DNA from: Anaerohalosphaeraceae bacterium
Lineage (GTDB): Bacteria; Planctomycetota; Phycisphaerae; Sedimentisphaerales; Anaerohalosphaeraceae
Length of the DNA: 64,000 nt
NCBI GenBank assembly: GCA_963675525.2
Contig: CAXXSL010000016.1
Coordinates: forward strand, 896,001 to 960,000
Direction: 5' to 3'
Position numbers and translations under genes: made by a program. The notes under the pieces were generated by a model. That model saw only the letters and a list, made by a program, of their open reading frames with translations. It did no database searches and was not told where the DNA came from. Shown one piece after another: positions 20,949 through 31,538 of this stretch (its first letter is position 1; each line of letters begins with the position of its first letter).

Positions 20949-22269
20949 TTAAACAGATTGAACGACATGGCTGGAGAGTTTATCGATTCGGTCGCGGAAA
21001 TTGGAATCGGATTTGTACAATTGCTCGATCTTGGTGCAGGCATGAACGACCGTTGAGTGGTCGCGTCCGCCGAGATGGCCGCCGATCTCTTCGAGGCTGT
21101 GGCGGGTCAGACTTCGTGCCAGGTACATGCAGACCTGCCGGGGCAGGGCAATGGATTGGCTGCGTTTTTTGCTTTGGAGGTCCGTAATGCGGACATCGAA
21201 ATGGTCACTGACCATACGGATGATATCTGACATGGTTACGTTTTTTGAGACCGCGACATCTTGTACGCCGAGTGCCTGGCGAGCCAGTTCCAGCGTAATC
21301 GGCTGATTCGTGGTTTGCGCGGTGGCGTAAATGATGGTCAGCGCGCCTTCCAGTTCACGGATATTGGTCTTGATATGTTCGGCGATCAGTTCGGCGACAC
21401 CGTCGGGCAGCACCAGTCCGCGAAGATGGGCTTTTTTCTTAATGATTGCGATGCGTGTTTCATAGCTGGGGGCGTCCAGTCGGGCGACCAGTCCCCCATT
21501 TGAACCTGCTGATCAGCCGGTCTTCCAGTGCTGCCAGGTCCTGCGGCGCACAGTCGGCGGTCAGGACGATTTGTCTGCGGTTGTTGTACAAAGCGTTAAA
21601 GGTGTGGAAAAATTCCTCCTGGCTCTGCTCGCGTTCGCGTAAAAACTGAACATCATCAATGATCAACACGTCTACCGTGCGGTACTGATTCTGAAATTCC
21701 TGCAGGCTACCCTTTTCGATTGCACTGATAAACCCGTTGACAAACTCTTCACAACTGAGGAACTGGATCGAGATATCGGCCTGCATCTTGCGGGCATCGT
21801 GGCAGACCGCGTGAAGCAGATGTGTTTTTCCGAGGCCGACATTACCGTACAAAAACAATGGGTTATAAATCATGCCGGGGCTTTGGCTGATGGCAATGCA
21901 GCTTGCATGTGCCAGTCGGTTACAGGGGCCGACGACAAAACTGTTAAACGTATAATCCGGATGCAGGCGGACCCGCCCAGCTTTTTCTGCGGCAAGTGAA
22001 GTTTCAGTTTTTTGCAGCCGGTCAGCGGGAACGAACTGGACCGAAACGAGATGGCCGGTGATGTTCTGAGCGGCCTGTGTAAATATGGGCAAACAGTGAT
22101 CCTGAAGAAATTCCGCACACGACTGATCCGGACAGCCGATCTGCAATAGACCGTGGTCAAAGGAAGTGATCTGCAATTCATCGAACCATTTACGAGAATT
22201 AACGGGGTCAATCGCCTTGACGCGTCCCAGAATGTCTTCCAAAATTTCGGTTGTGTCCTGTTTTACCAA
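20949..22269 (-). CDS. dnaA: Chromosomal replication initiator DnaA (frameshift at G5 run 21493-21497)
   Basis: YNPLFLYGNVGLGKTHL, IDDVQF, EEFFHTFN, NIRELEGAL, GGRDHSTV; start approximate. Confidence 0.93.
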
Positions 22270-22511
22270 CGGTCCCTCGTTTTCATTGTTTATTGTAACG
22301 ACTTCACGACATTGCCTGGAGGGATGAAAGAGACTCATCATGACCTCCTTTGGCGGCAAGCACAACTGCCCGACAAAAAACTCAATCTACCCTTGAGATG
22401 GCCGAATGTCAAAGAATTTTGGATTGGGGAATTCGACAAAACCGCACGGGCAATTTCTAAGTAATGCCATTATAAGGAGTTGTTTGCCTCATGTTTTTTC
22501 CGGTAAATGAT

Positions 22512-24662
22512 TTATTGCGGCGGATACGGCATTTGGAGATTTTCGACAAGAAACGCATAAATGTCGGCAAGCTCTTCGATAAGCATGCAAGTCGGCTTTC
22601 CGGAGCCGTGGCCGGCACGGGTTTCAATGCGAATCAGAACGGGACGGTTACCTTGGTGAACCTGTTGAAGCTTGGCGGCAAATTTAAATGAATGACCGGG
22701 AACAACGCGGTCGTCGGTATCGGCGGTGATGACCAGTGTTGCGGGATAATGTATGCCCTTTTTCAGGTTGTGGTAGGGAGAATAGCCTTTCAGGTATTCA
22801 AACGTATCCTTGTTCTCCTGCGCTGAGCCGAATTCGTCCACCCAGAAACGTCCTGCGGTGAACTGATCGTATCGCAACATATCCATGACTCCGACTTGTG
22901 GGACGGCGGCGGCAAACAAGTCCGGCCGTTGCGTCATGCAGGCGCCGACCAGTAACCCTCCGTTAGACCCACCCTGAATCGCCAGTTTTTCTGCAGACGT
23001 ATATTTTTGGTCGATCAGATATTCTGCGGCAGCCATAAAGTCATCAAAAACATTCTGTTTATTAAACTTCTTTCCTGCTTCGTGCCACGTTTCGCCATAT
23101 TCCCCACCGCCGCGCAGATTGGCGACCGCATAGATGCCGCCGTTTTCCAGCCAGACAATTCGTGAACTCCAAAAATAAGGGCACACCGGGATGCCAAACC
23201 CTCCGTATCCGGAAAGTAACGCGGCGTTCGTACCATTACGCGACATCCTTTTTTTATAGGTGATAAACATTGGAATACGTGTTCCGTCTTGGCTTTCGTA
23301 GAATACTTGCTCTGTCACATAATGGTCAGAATCAAAGTCTATTTTGGGACGATCCAACAAAGTAGATTGACCGGTCACCATGTCATATCGATAAATAGAA
23401 GGGGGGACGGCGAAAGACTGAAATGAATAGAATGTTTCAGTGTCTTTACACTTTCCGTCAAAACCGAATGCCGACCCTAATCCCGGCAAGCTGATATCTC
23501 GAACATATGTGCCATCTAATGTGTATAGTGTAATCGAGGAAGCAACATCTTTCAGGTAATTGCAAACAAACTGGTTATTAATTATATCGATGGCCCGGAG
23601 GGGCGACGAAGCTTCGGGAATGATTTCCCTGTGATTTTCAGGGTCCGGGTTATGAATATCTATCGCGACGATGCGTCTGTTGGGAGCATTGTTGTCGGTC
23701 AGAAAGTAAAAAACCGACTCCTTATTATCAATAAAGGTATAGTTATTTTCGAAATTCGGGATCAAGTCCACCAGAGCAGCATTCGGGTTATAAAGATCCA
23801 GGTAGCCGATGCGATATTTTTCATCGGTTCCGATGTGGGTTGTGATAATTAAGTATCGTCCGTCATCAGTCACGACCGGGTCATAACCCCATTCAGGATG
23901 GTCAGGCTGATAATAAACAACACGGTCCTCGGATTGCGGTGTTCCTATATGATGATACATGACTTTCATATCTTTGTTTAATGAGAGGAACTTTTTTTCA
24001 GGATCGGGGTCGGGATACTTAGCGTAGTAAACACCGGTGCTGTCATTGTTCCAGGCGATGTTTGTAAATTTAAGATGGATAAGGCTGTCAGATAAATCGT
24101 CACCGGTTTCAACATTTCGAATCTTCCACGTCTTCCAATCCGAGCCGCTTTCCTGAATGGCATAAGCAACATAGTCTCCGTTTTGGTTGAAAGACATTTG
24201 GCTCAGGGCGGTGGTTCCGTCGTCGGACCAGTTGTTGGGATTAAGGAGAATTTGCTGAGGGCCGTCCAGTGAATCCATGGTATAGACGACAGAGTGGTTC
24301 TGCAGTCCGCTATTTTTTGAAATAAAATAACGGTTTCCGGCTTTCCAGGGAATACCGATTTTTTCATAATCCCAAAGTTTGGTCATGCGATTCTTAATGG
24401 ATTCCCGGTGGGGCAACGCATGCAGGTATTCAAATGTAATCTTATTTTGAGCGTCGATCCATTCCTTAACGGATTCCGAGTGTCGAACATCTTCTTCCAG
24501 CCATTGGTAAGGGTCATTGACATTGATACCATGATAAGTGTTTATTTGGTTAATACGCCGGGTTTTTGGGTATCGTAATGTTGTTGTTTTGCAACCGCCG
24601 TACAGAAAGGTGATAATGAGACATAAAACGATTAACGTTCGTTTCGTTGTGATTTTTGCCAT
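22512..24662 (-). CDS. Prolyl oligopeptidase (S9A), probable lipoprotein
   Basis: DPYQWLE, GGSNGG, DDRV, AGHG; N-terminal YGGC. Confidence 0.93.
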   Translation of the reverse strand: MAKITTKRTLIVLCLIITFLYGGCKTTTLRYPKTRRINQINTYHGINVNDPYQWLEEDVRHSESVKEWIDAQNKITFEYLHALPHRESIKNRMTKLWDYEKIGIPWKAGNRYFISKNSGLQNHSVVYTMDSLDGPQQILLNPNNWSDDGTTALSQMSFNQNGDYVAYAIQESGSDWKTWKIRNVETGDDLSDSLIHLKFTNIAWNNDSTGVYYAKYPDPDPEKKFLSLNKDMKVMYHHIGTPQSEDRVVYYQPDHPEWGYDPVVTDDGRYLIITTHIGTDEKYRIGYLDLYNPNAALVDLIPNFENNYTFIDNKESVFYFLTDNNAPNRRIVAIDIHNPDPENHREIIPEASSPLRAIDIINNQFVCNYLKDVASSITLYTLDGTYVRDISLPGLGSAFGFDGKCKDTETFYSFQSFAVPPSIYRYDMVTGQSTLLDRPKIDFDSDHYVTEQVFYESQDGTRIPMFITYKKRMSRNGTNAALLSGYGGFGIPVCPYFWSSRIVWLENGGIYAVANLRGGGEYGETWHEAGKKFNKQNVFDDFMAAAEYLIDQKYTSAEKLAIQGGSNGGLLVGACMTQRPDLFAAAVPQVGVMDMLRYDQFTAGRFWVDEFGSAQENKDTFEYLKGYSPYHNLKKGIHYPATLVITADTDDRVVPGHSFKFAAKLQQVHQGNRPVLIRIETRAGHGSGKPTCMLIEELADIYAFLVENLQMPYPPQ

Positions 24663-24664
24663 GG

Positions 24665-24739
24665 TTAAAAAGTCCTTTTGCCGTTGAGAATAAGCGTCAT
24701 CGGGTCATCACCGGTGCTGTCAATGTGCATGTGGGCGGC
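24665..24739 (-). pseudogene. Degenerate duplicate of the dtd 3' end
   Basis: [24 protein letters not shown] versus dtd [23 protein letters not shown]. Confidence 0.75.
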
Positions 24740-24758
24740 TTGTACCGGCGGAACCGAA

Positions 24759-25478
24759 TCAGGTATTCATCTCATTTCTGATAAAAATCGCATCCATCTG
24801 TTTTAGGCGTTCTTCATGGTTAAAAAAGTTATAGAAATTATATAGACAAAAACCGTAATCGTTCAGCAATCCCATATACTCGTGTAACTTCGCCTGACCG
24901 CTGTAGGACGGCATGGTAATAATTTCTGTGTAAATAACACTTACTTTTCGCTCGGCGAAGGTCTGTTTTGCCCCTTCCAGCACAAGGGGTTCGGCACCCT
25001 GAACATCCAGTTTCAGCAGATCGATCCGGTCGATATGATGAGTCTGGCAAAAATCATCGATTGTGGAAGTCGGAACGGTTATTTTTTCAATCGTCTCCAG
25101 CAATCCCTGCCCCCATGTTTTGGCGACCCCCGGCTGTGTTGAAAGAAGGGAGTTCGTTGCCGATGACGGATTCACATGAAACTCGGCCGTACCCGTGCGA
25201 TTGCTCAAGGCCAAATTATGCGTGTGAATTTGATCGATGGATGCCGTTCTCTTTTGTAAGACCGCAAAAGAATCCGGGGACGGCTCAAAAGCGTAAATGG
25301 ATGCCTTTGGGAAAACCCCATGGTAAAGTGTGCTTACGTATCCACGATGCGCACCCACATCAAAAATGACGGGGGTATTTATGCCAGCAAGCAGTTTTTC
25401 CTGGTTACGGAACGCATCCTGGTAGCGGTGGATTTCGTAGCCGTATTTTCGAAAGAGTCTCTGAATGGTTGCTTTCAT
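24759..25478 (-). CDS. FkbM-family methyltransferase
   Basis: FDVGAHRG, AFEP, IDLLKLDVQGAE. Confidence 0.9.
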   Translation of the reverse strand: MKATIQRLFRKYGYEIHRYQDAFRNQEKLLAGINTPVIFDVGAHRGYVSTLYHGVFPKASIYAFEPSPDSFAVLQKRTASIDQIHTHNLALSNRTGTAEFHVNPSSATNSLLSTQPGVAKTWGQGLLETIEKITVPTSTIDDFCQTHHIDRIDLLKLDVQGAEPLVLEGAKQTFAERKVSVIYTEIITMPSYSGQAKLHEYMGLLNDYGFCLYNFYNFFNHEERLKQMDAIFIRNEMNT

Positions 25479-25522
25479 ATTTACCTCTCTAAAATGTCAA
25501 CATTTTAACGAATCGTATAATA

Positions 25523-25969
25523 TCAATCTTTTTTGGTGTCGAGCAGAATCGTCACCGGGCCATCATTGATGCTGTCGATATGCATGTGGGCGGCGAAGAT
25601 ACCAGTTTCGACAAGCACCCCATTTTCTTTAATTGCGGCAATCGTCTTTTTGTACAGAGTTTTTGCCAGATCAGGTGGTCCGGCGGCAGTAAAATCAGGC
25701 CGGCGGCCTTTGCGGCAGTCCCCGAACAGCGTAAACTGGCTGATGAGCAGGACCCCGCCGCCGATATCTTTAACGGACAGATTCATCTTTCCGTTGTCGT
25801 CTTCAAAAATGCGCAAATTGACGACCTTGTCGGCGATAAAAGCGATGTCGTCTTCGGTGTCATCTTTGGCAACACCTAAAAAGACCAACAATCCCTTTTC
25901 GATTTGGCCGGCGATGTGTCCATCGACTGTAACGCTGGCTTGATTAACTCGCTGTATGACGGCACGCAT
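25523..25969 (-). CDS. dtd: D-aminoacyl-tRNA deacylase
   Basis: [19 protein letters not shown]. Confidence 0.96.
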   Translation of the reverse strand: MRAVIQRVNQASVTVDGHIAGQIEKGLLVFLGVAKDDTEDDIAFIADKVVNLRIFEDDNGKMNLSVKDIGGGVLLISQFTLFGDCRKGRRPDFTAAGPPDLAKTLYKKTIAAIKENGVLVETGIFAAHMHIDSINDGPVTILLDTKKD

Positions 25970-25975
25970 AAAAAT

Positions 25976-26470
25976 CTAATCCTGTGTTGTGTATTCGGTT
26001 TGTTTCTGATAGCTCATGGGGACGACCAGAACGGCGCAGTCGGCTTTGCGGACGATTTTTTCGGTGACCTTTCCGAACAGGGCGGTTTGCAGAGTACTGT
26101 GTCCCTGACGACCGATGACGATAAGGTCCGCCTGTTTTTCTTTGGCAAACGCCAATATTTCCTGCCAGTCCTTGCCGACGCGGTATTCGACCTGCATGGT
26201 GAAGCCTTCGGGCAACTTGGACAGATACGTCTGTTCGATGTGTTCGTCGATGTCGTGTTTGGCTTTGTTGTCTACGTTCTCGACTTCATAGACGTACGTT
26301 TTCCAGAACTGCGCTTCTGTTTCCGGTACGACATGCAGCAGGGTCAGCTCGCAACCGCGTCGCCGCATCGCTGCATCGACGGCAAACTGAAACGCAAAAT
26401 CAGCATTTTCGGAAAGGTCCGTGCAAAAGAGGATTCGCCGAAATATGATTTGTGTTTGTTGGCTTTCCAT
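25976..26470 (-). CDS. Universal stress protein
   Basis: ILFCTDLS, ADLIVIG, FGKVTEKIVRKA.C.VLVV. Confidence 0.9.
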   Translation of the reverse strand: MESQQTQIIFRRILFCTDLSENADFAFQFAVDAAMRRRGCELTLLHVVPETEAQFWKTYVYEVENVDNKAKHDIDEHIEQTYLSKLPEGFTMQVEYRVGKDWQEILAFAKEKQADLIVIGRQGHSTLQTALFGKVTEKIVRKADCAVLVVPMSYQKQTEYTTQD

Positions 26471-26498
26471 GTTTCCCTCATTCTGTTATGTTATTTTT

Positions 26499-27800
26499 TT
26501 AGTGGAACAGGTTCGGCAAAAAGGTGCACAGCGACGGAAAGATCATCAGTACTGCGGCCGCGACGACCAATGCCAGCAAAAACGGCATGGCTCCGCGGAA
26601 GATCGTCTGCAATGACACATCCCGCTCGATGCCGCTGACGACGTAGACATTGACACCCACCGGCGGGGTAATTACGCCCATTTGCGTCACGACGACAATG
26701 ATGACGCCAAACCAAATCGGGTCATAGCCCAACTCGGTCACTACGGGATAGAAAATAGGAATTGTCAGCAGGATCAATGCCAGAGCATCGATAAAACTGC
26801 CTGCTATCAGATAGAACAGAATAATTATCGCCATGACCATCCAGCCCGGCAGTGGCAGAGACGCCAATGTCGTTGCCAGCTCAAACGGCATCCGTGTGAT
26901 GGCTAAAAACCGGCCTAAAATGACCGCACCGGTGACAATAATCATGACCATGCATGAGGTTCGGACGGTTTCCTGCAATGAGCGAACGAGCATTTTGACC
27001 GTGAGTTTTTTTCTGGCCAATGCAATAATGAGACTTCCGGCCGCACCGATGGCTGCCGCTTCGGTGGGTGTGAAAAGGCCCATGAACATGCCACCGATGA
27101 CGACGATGAACAAAATCAGTGTTTCAGCGACTCCGAAGAGGGAGATAAATTTTGATTTCCAACTCATGGCCGGTCCGGCCGGTCCCAATTTTGGGTTAAG
27201 TTTGCACATAATATAAATCGTCAGGCAGAACAGCACGGCGATTAACAGTCCCGGCACAATCCCGGCGATGAAAAGTTTACCGATGGATTGGTCGGTCAAG
27301 ATGGCATAGACGATGAACACTACGCTGGGCGGGATGAGCATTCCCAGACTGCCGCCGGCGGCGACGGTGCCGCAGCTAAGTTTCGGGCTGTACTTATAGC
27401 GTTTCATCTCCGGGATGGCGACCGATGCCATGGTGGCCGCGGTTGCCGGACCGGAGCCGCAGATCGCGCCGAATCCGGTACAAGCGCCGACGGTGGCCAT
27501 TGCCAGTCCGCCGGGGAGGTGGCCGAGCCAGTGATACGCCGTATCGAAAAGACGACGGCTGATACCGGCATGAAAAGCAATCTGTCCCATCAGTACAAAT
27601 AAGGGGATGACGGTTAGGCTGTACGAAGTGAAAGTTTCATACAGTTCGGTGGTGATCATCGCGGTGGCTGCCTGCGGGGTTACCACAACCGCAAAGCCGA
27701 TGAAACCCACGATGGCCATTGAGAAGGCAACTGGCATACTGGTCGCCAGCAGGACAAACAGTATCAAACAACCAACGATTCCAATTTGCAGCGGCGTCAT
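26499..27800 (-). CDS. TRAP transporter large permease (DctM)
   Basis: GGSLGMLIPPS, ITPPVGVN; highly hydrophobic. Confidence 0.93.
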   Translation of the reverse strand: MTPLQIGIVGCLILFVLLATSMPVAFSMAIVGFIGFAVVVTPQAATAMITTELYETFTSYSLTVIPLFVLMGQIAFHAGISRRLFDTAYHWLGHLPGGLAMATVGACTGFGAICGSGPATAATMASVAIPEMKRYKYSPKLSCGTVAAGGSLGMLIPPSVVFIVYAILTDQSIGKLFIAGIVPGLLIAVLFCLTIYIMCKLNPKLGPAGPAMSWKSKFISLFGVAETLILFIVVIGGMFMGLFTPTEAAAIGAAGSLIIALARKKLTVKMLVRSLQETVRTSCMVMIIVTGAVILGRFLAITRMPFELATTLASLPLPGWMVMAIIILFYLIAGSFIDALALILLTIPIFYPVVTELGYDPIWFGVIIVVVTQMGVITPPVGVNVYVVSGIERDVSLQTIFRGAMPFLLALVVAAAVLMIFPSLCTFLPNLFH

Positions 27801-28324
27801 GGCTTGATCATCTCCCGTCCCGGATGAATCAGGTTGTAGCCGATGACCAGCAATACAATCAAACAGCAGAAACCAATAACCCACGGCACCCAGAAGATCG
27901 GCAGTTCCAGTGTTTGAGCGACCTGACCGTTTTGGCGAAGTTGGAGTCCGTAAACAAAGCTGCGCCAGCTCAAAAACGCGAACAAGCCCATCCCCAAGAG
28001 ACGAATGACCGAATCCAGGATGACGCGACCGGTGCGGTTGAGTTTATGGAAAAAGTATTCGATGGCAACATGCCCTTTGACGGCGGTGGTGTAAGGAAGC
28101 GCCGAAGCCAGAGTGACGGCTCCGGCGATCTTGACAATATCATAGGTTCCTTTAACCGGATGACCAAAATACCGGAATACAACATCAGTGCAGATGATGC
28201 CGATCATCACAAAGACGCAGAGGCCGGACACGAAAACCAGCGCATAAACCAGCGCCTTCAAGCAATTGAAGTAAACGTCTCTGACCCTGTGCCAAACGGG
28301 ATTACGGCTGATTGCTTCGTTCAT
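27797..28324 (-). CDS. TRAP transporter small permease (DctQ)
   Basis: 4 TM, DVVFRY, GHVAIE; lies between dctP and dctM. Confidence 0.88.
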   Translation of the reverse strand: MNEAISRNPVWHRVRDVYFNCLKALVYALVFVSGLCVFVMIGIICTDVVFRYFGHPVKGTYDIVKIAGAVTLASALPYTTAVKGHVAIEYFFHKLNRTGRVILDSVIRLLGMGLFAFLSWRSFVYGLQLRQNGQVAQTLELPIFWVPWVIGFCCLIVLLVIGYNLIHPGREMIKP

Positions 28325-29404
28325 CTATTTTGTTTTTTCAGGCACTGCTTTGCTTGCTTGGATGACGGCTTGAAGTTTTTCAAGCAATTCCTTGCCCGGC
28401 AGGCCAGCGGTTTTCGTATTGGCGACATACGCATCTAAAATCGGCTTGACGGCATCTTTCCATCGCTGTTGTTCTTCGGGCGACAGTGTGATGATTTGGC
28501 GTTTCAGCTCTTTGATGAATGCCATGCCTTCGGCGTCGGCCTGATCCCAGGCCCGGCCGTGCTTGTCCACCCATTCGGCGTTGACCTCGGTGATGATCTG
28601 CTGCTGCTCGGGGCTGAGCTTGCTCCAACTGTTTTTGTTCATCACGACAAACATCGAGGTAGTGTATCCGATAACGGAGGTGTCGGTTATTGACTCGATG
28701 ACTTCGCCTTGTTTCCAGCCCTTGAGTGTCTCGACGGGGCAGAAGGTTGCTTCCACGACGCCTTTTTGAAGAGCTTCATACGTTTCCGGTTGGCTCATGG
28801 CAACCGGTATTGCTCCAAGGTTTTCAACAATTTTCGCAGAAAGACCGGTTGCTCGAACTTTCAAGCCTTTCATTTCATCCAGTTTGTTGACGGATTTTTT
28901 GGAAGCCAGGATTCCCGGGCCGTGTGCGTGAATATACAACAAATGCACATCGTCCAATTCTTTGGGCTTGAATTCCATGGCCATGGCGGTTGCCGCGCGT
29001 GTTGCCGTCATTCCATTGGGATATCCCAATGGCAGGTCCAGTCCTTCCATTAGGGGAAACCGGCCGCGGGTGTAGGCGAAACAGCTCATACCGATATCAG
29101 AAATGCCGCTGACGACGCCGTCATAGCACTGCGGGGCTTTGGTCAACGTTCCGGCAGGATACAGGGTGACCTCGACACTGCCGTTGGTACGTTTTTTGAC
29201 TTCATCAGCCCAGGCCTGTGCGGTTTGGCACTGAATGTGTGTGGGCGGAAAGAAAATACTGTAGGACAGCTTGGCCGTCGGGGTTGCTTCAGCGGATTTG
29301 TCCTGCTCCGGTGTGGCCGGTTCAGTTTTCTTACTGCAGCCGACAACACAGACCAATAGCATCATTGCAACCGCAGTCAACATAAACAGATGTGTTCGTT
29401 TCAT
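28325..29404 (-). CDS. TRAP substrate-binding protein (DctP), lipoprotein
   Basis: VVGC lipobox; [23 protein letters not shown]. Confidence 0.9.
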   Translation of the reverse strand: MKRTHLFMLTAVAMMLLVCVVGCSKKTEPATPEQDKSAEATPTAKLSYSIFFPPTHIQCQTAQAWADEVKKRTNGSVEVTLYPAGTLTKAPQCYDGVVSGISDIGMSCFAYTRGRFPLMEGLDLPLGYPNGMTATRAATAMAMEFKPKELDDVHLLYIHAHGPGILASKKSVNKLDEMKGLKVRATGLSAKIVENLGAIPVAMSQPETYEALQKGVVEATFCPVETLKGWKQGEVIESITDTSVIGYTTSMFVVMNKNSWSKLSPEQQQIITEVNAEWVDKHGRAWDQADAEGMAFIKELKRQIITLSPEEQQRWKDAVKPILDAYVANTKTAGLPGKELLEKLQAVIQASKAVPEKTK

Positions 29405-29507
29405 AACATTACCTCCTGAATTTGATCCATCGTTTTCGGTTTGAAAGCCATTTTCGGCAATCTTTGCATGAACATACTACGCATTGCAGATACGTTATGC
29501 AAGTTTT

Positions 29508-30485
29508 TTACTTTGGGTTTGTTTTTAGGCGGATTTGCGTAATTTGTTTCAGTTTTTTTAGTCCCGAGCGGAGAAAACCTGAACCGGCGAAGATTTCCTT
29601 AAAGTCCGCCTCGGTTATATTTTGAATTTGGCCGGGGGTTAATTTTTGCCATTCGGGGTGGAACTGAAAATCGGTATTCTTTCGGGGCGGGGCGTTCATT
29701 TCATGTGGACAGGCGAGGATGCATTCGTCGCAGCCGAAAACGTAACCGTTTATTTTATCATGATATTGACCGTCAATCTCGTCCGGGGCTTCGATCGTTA
29801 GATAGCTGATGCACTTTCGCGAATCAAAACTTCCGTCGCTGCCCAGCGCCCCGGTCGGGCAGGCGCGGATGCATTTACCGCAGTCACCACAGGGGATGTC
29901 TGTCATCGGTTCATCCGGCTGCAATTGGAGCGTCGTAACAAGTTCGCCCAGAAGGATCTGGTTTCCCAATTCAGGATGGATCAGCATATGGTTTTTACCG
30001 ATGAACCCCAGGCCCGCGCGCTGGGCCAAGGCGCGTTCAGCCAGAGGTGCTGAGTCCACGCAGGCCTTGAAACGAACGGATTGTTCATCGGCGGAATTTT
30101 CGGGCGAGTTATCTCGCCTCGCTTTTATTTGCTCCTGAATAAATTCAGCCAATTGGAACAGTTGGTCCTTGATGAACGGATGATAGTCTTCATATTGGGC
30201 GAAATGTGCAATACGGATGGTGGGGTTTTCGGCTAATTCCATTTTGGCGGGGCGGTAGTTGAGGGCGACACAGATCACGGATTGTGCCCCGTTGAGCAGG
30301 TTGGCCGGTGTGAAGCGTTTGTCGAGGTTGCGATGCAGGTAGGCCATCTTCGCAGCACAGCCGGTTTCAAGCCATCGGTGATAATGGTCGATCTGTTCTT
30401 GTTCCACCGGTTCAGCGGTTGTGATTCCGACCGCGTCAAATCCCAGCTCTAATGCTTTCTGCTTAATGTCCGATTCGATATTCAT
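29508..30485 (-). CDS. queG: Epoxyqueuosine reductase
   Basis: DYH, VDSAPLAER, GFIGKN, CGDCGKCIRACPTGA, CISYLTIE, GCDECILACP. Confidence 0.92.
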   Translation of the reverse strand: MNIESDIKQKALELGFDAVGITTAEPVEQEQIDHYHRWLETGCAAKMAYLHRNLDKRFTPANLLNGAQSVICVALNYRPAKMELAENPTIRIAHFAQYEDYHPFIKDQLFQLAEFIQEQIKARRDNSPENSADEQSVRFKACVDSAPLAERALAQRAGLGFIGKNHMLIHPELGNQILLGELVTTLQLQPDEPMTDIPCGDCGKCIRACPTGALGSDGSFDSRKCISYLTIEAPDEIDGQYHDKINGYVFGCDECILACPHEMNAPPRKNTDFQFHPEWQKLTPGQIQNITEADFKEIFAGSGFLRSGLKKLKQITQIRLKTNPK

Positions 30486-30518
30486 ATGGCGATGGTACAA
30501 TCTACATGGGATTTTTCA

Positions 30519-31538
30519 TCACGTCACTTCCTCTTTTCGCTTGAGGGTCTGGCTTAGGATGAAATCGATCAGTTTTTCATAATTGATGCCGGCGCGTTGT
30601 GCGGCCTCGGCGACTTCCTCGCCCCAGGCCAGATCGGGGTTGGGATTGGCTTCGAGAATGGCTATTTTTCCATCGGGTCTTAACCGCAGGTCGATGCGTC
30701 CATAGTCCCGCAGGTGCAGAATGCGAAAGGCTCTTTTGCAAACACGTTCGATACGTTTGATTGTCTCTTCTTCGAGATTTTCGGCGAACCCGAAATTAAC
30801 GCCCCATTTTTCACGATATTCATCGTTCCACTTAACGCGATAGGTTGCCATGCTCGGGCCCTGTTCGGCGTCCTGGTCAAAAAAGAATTCGCGGGCCGGG
30901 CAGACCTTGAGCCGGTTGTTGCCCAGCACGGTGACATACAGTTCCCGGCCTTCGATATATTCTTCCGCGATGGCGTCCTGATGCCAGCGGTCGTGGATGA
31001 ATTCGGCGCGTTCGGCCAGGGCTTCGGCCGTATATACCAGCGAGGCGTTCGAGATGCCTTCAGACCCGTCACCCAGTGCCGGCTTGACCACCAGCGGAAA
31101 TTGAATCGACTTATTCACGCGAACGGTTTTCCCCCACGGCAGCGACAGAAAGTTCGGAACGCGTATTTTATGCAGCCCCAGCAGTTGCTTGCACAGCCGC
31201 TTGTCCCTGCAAAGCATCATCCCCATCGGCCCCGAACCGGTGTAGGGAATCTGCAGCATGTCCAGCACGCCGGCGATATTTTTATCCCACAGGCGCTCGC
31301 CGCAATATTGTTCGGTCAGGTTGAAGACAAGGTCGGGCTTGTCTTCTTTGAGCGTGCTGATCAGCTCTTCGAGATTGTCAAAAATTCCGATGACCGAAAC
31401 GTCATGGTGCAAATGCCGCAGCGATTCGATGACATGGTATTCGGTAATGGCCTTCCCTGCGGGGTCATGAAATTGCGGGTCATTTTCCGGAACGGTTGCA
31501 TAATCAACAAGAACTGTTATTTTGAGTGTTCGGGTCAT
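30519..31538 (-). CDS. D-Ala-D-Ala ligase-like ATP-grasp protein
   Basis: PYTGS, VKP..GDGSEGI, EEYIEGRE, DYGRIDLR, EANPNPD. Confidence 0.88.
   Translation of the reverse strand: MTRTLKITVLVDYATVPENDPQFHDPAGKAITEYHVIESLRHLHHDVSVIGIFDNLEELISTLKEDKPDLVFNLTEQYCGERLWDKNIAGVLDMLQIPYTGSGPMGMMLCRDKRLCKQLLGLHKIRVPNFLSLPWGKTVRVNKSIQFPLVVKPALGDGSEGISNASLVYTAEALAERAEFIHDRWHQDAIAEEYIEGRELYVTVLGNNRLKVCPAREFFFDQDAEQGPSMATYRVKWNDEYREKWGVNFGFAENLEEETIKRIERVCKRAFRILHLRDYGRIDLRLRPDGKIAILEANPNPDLAWGEEVAEAAQRAGINYEKLIDFILSQTLKRKEEVT

Noticed and set aside
22270..22511. Possible oriC next to dnaA
   Set aside because: No clear TTATCCACA cluster was seen on either side, and dnaN/gyrB are not adjacent
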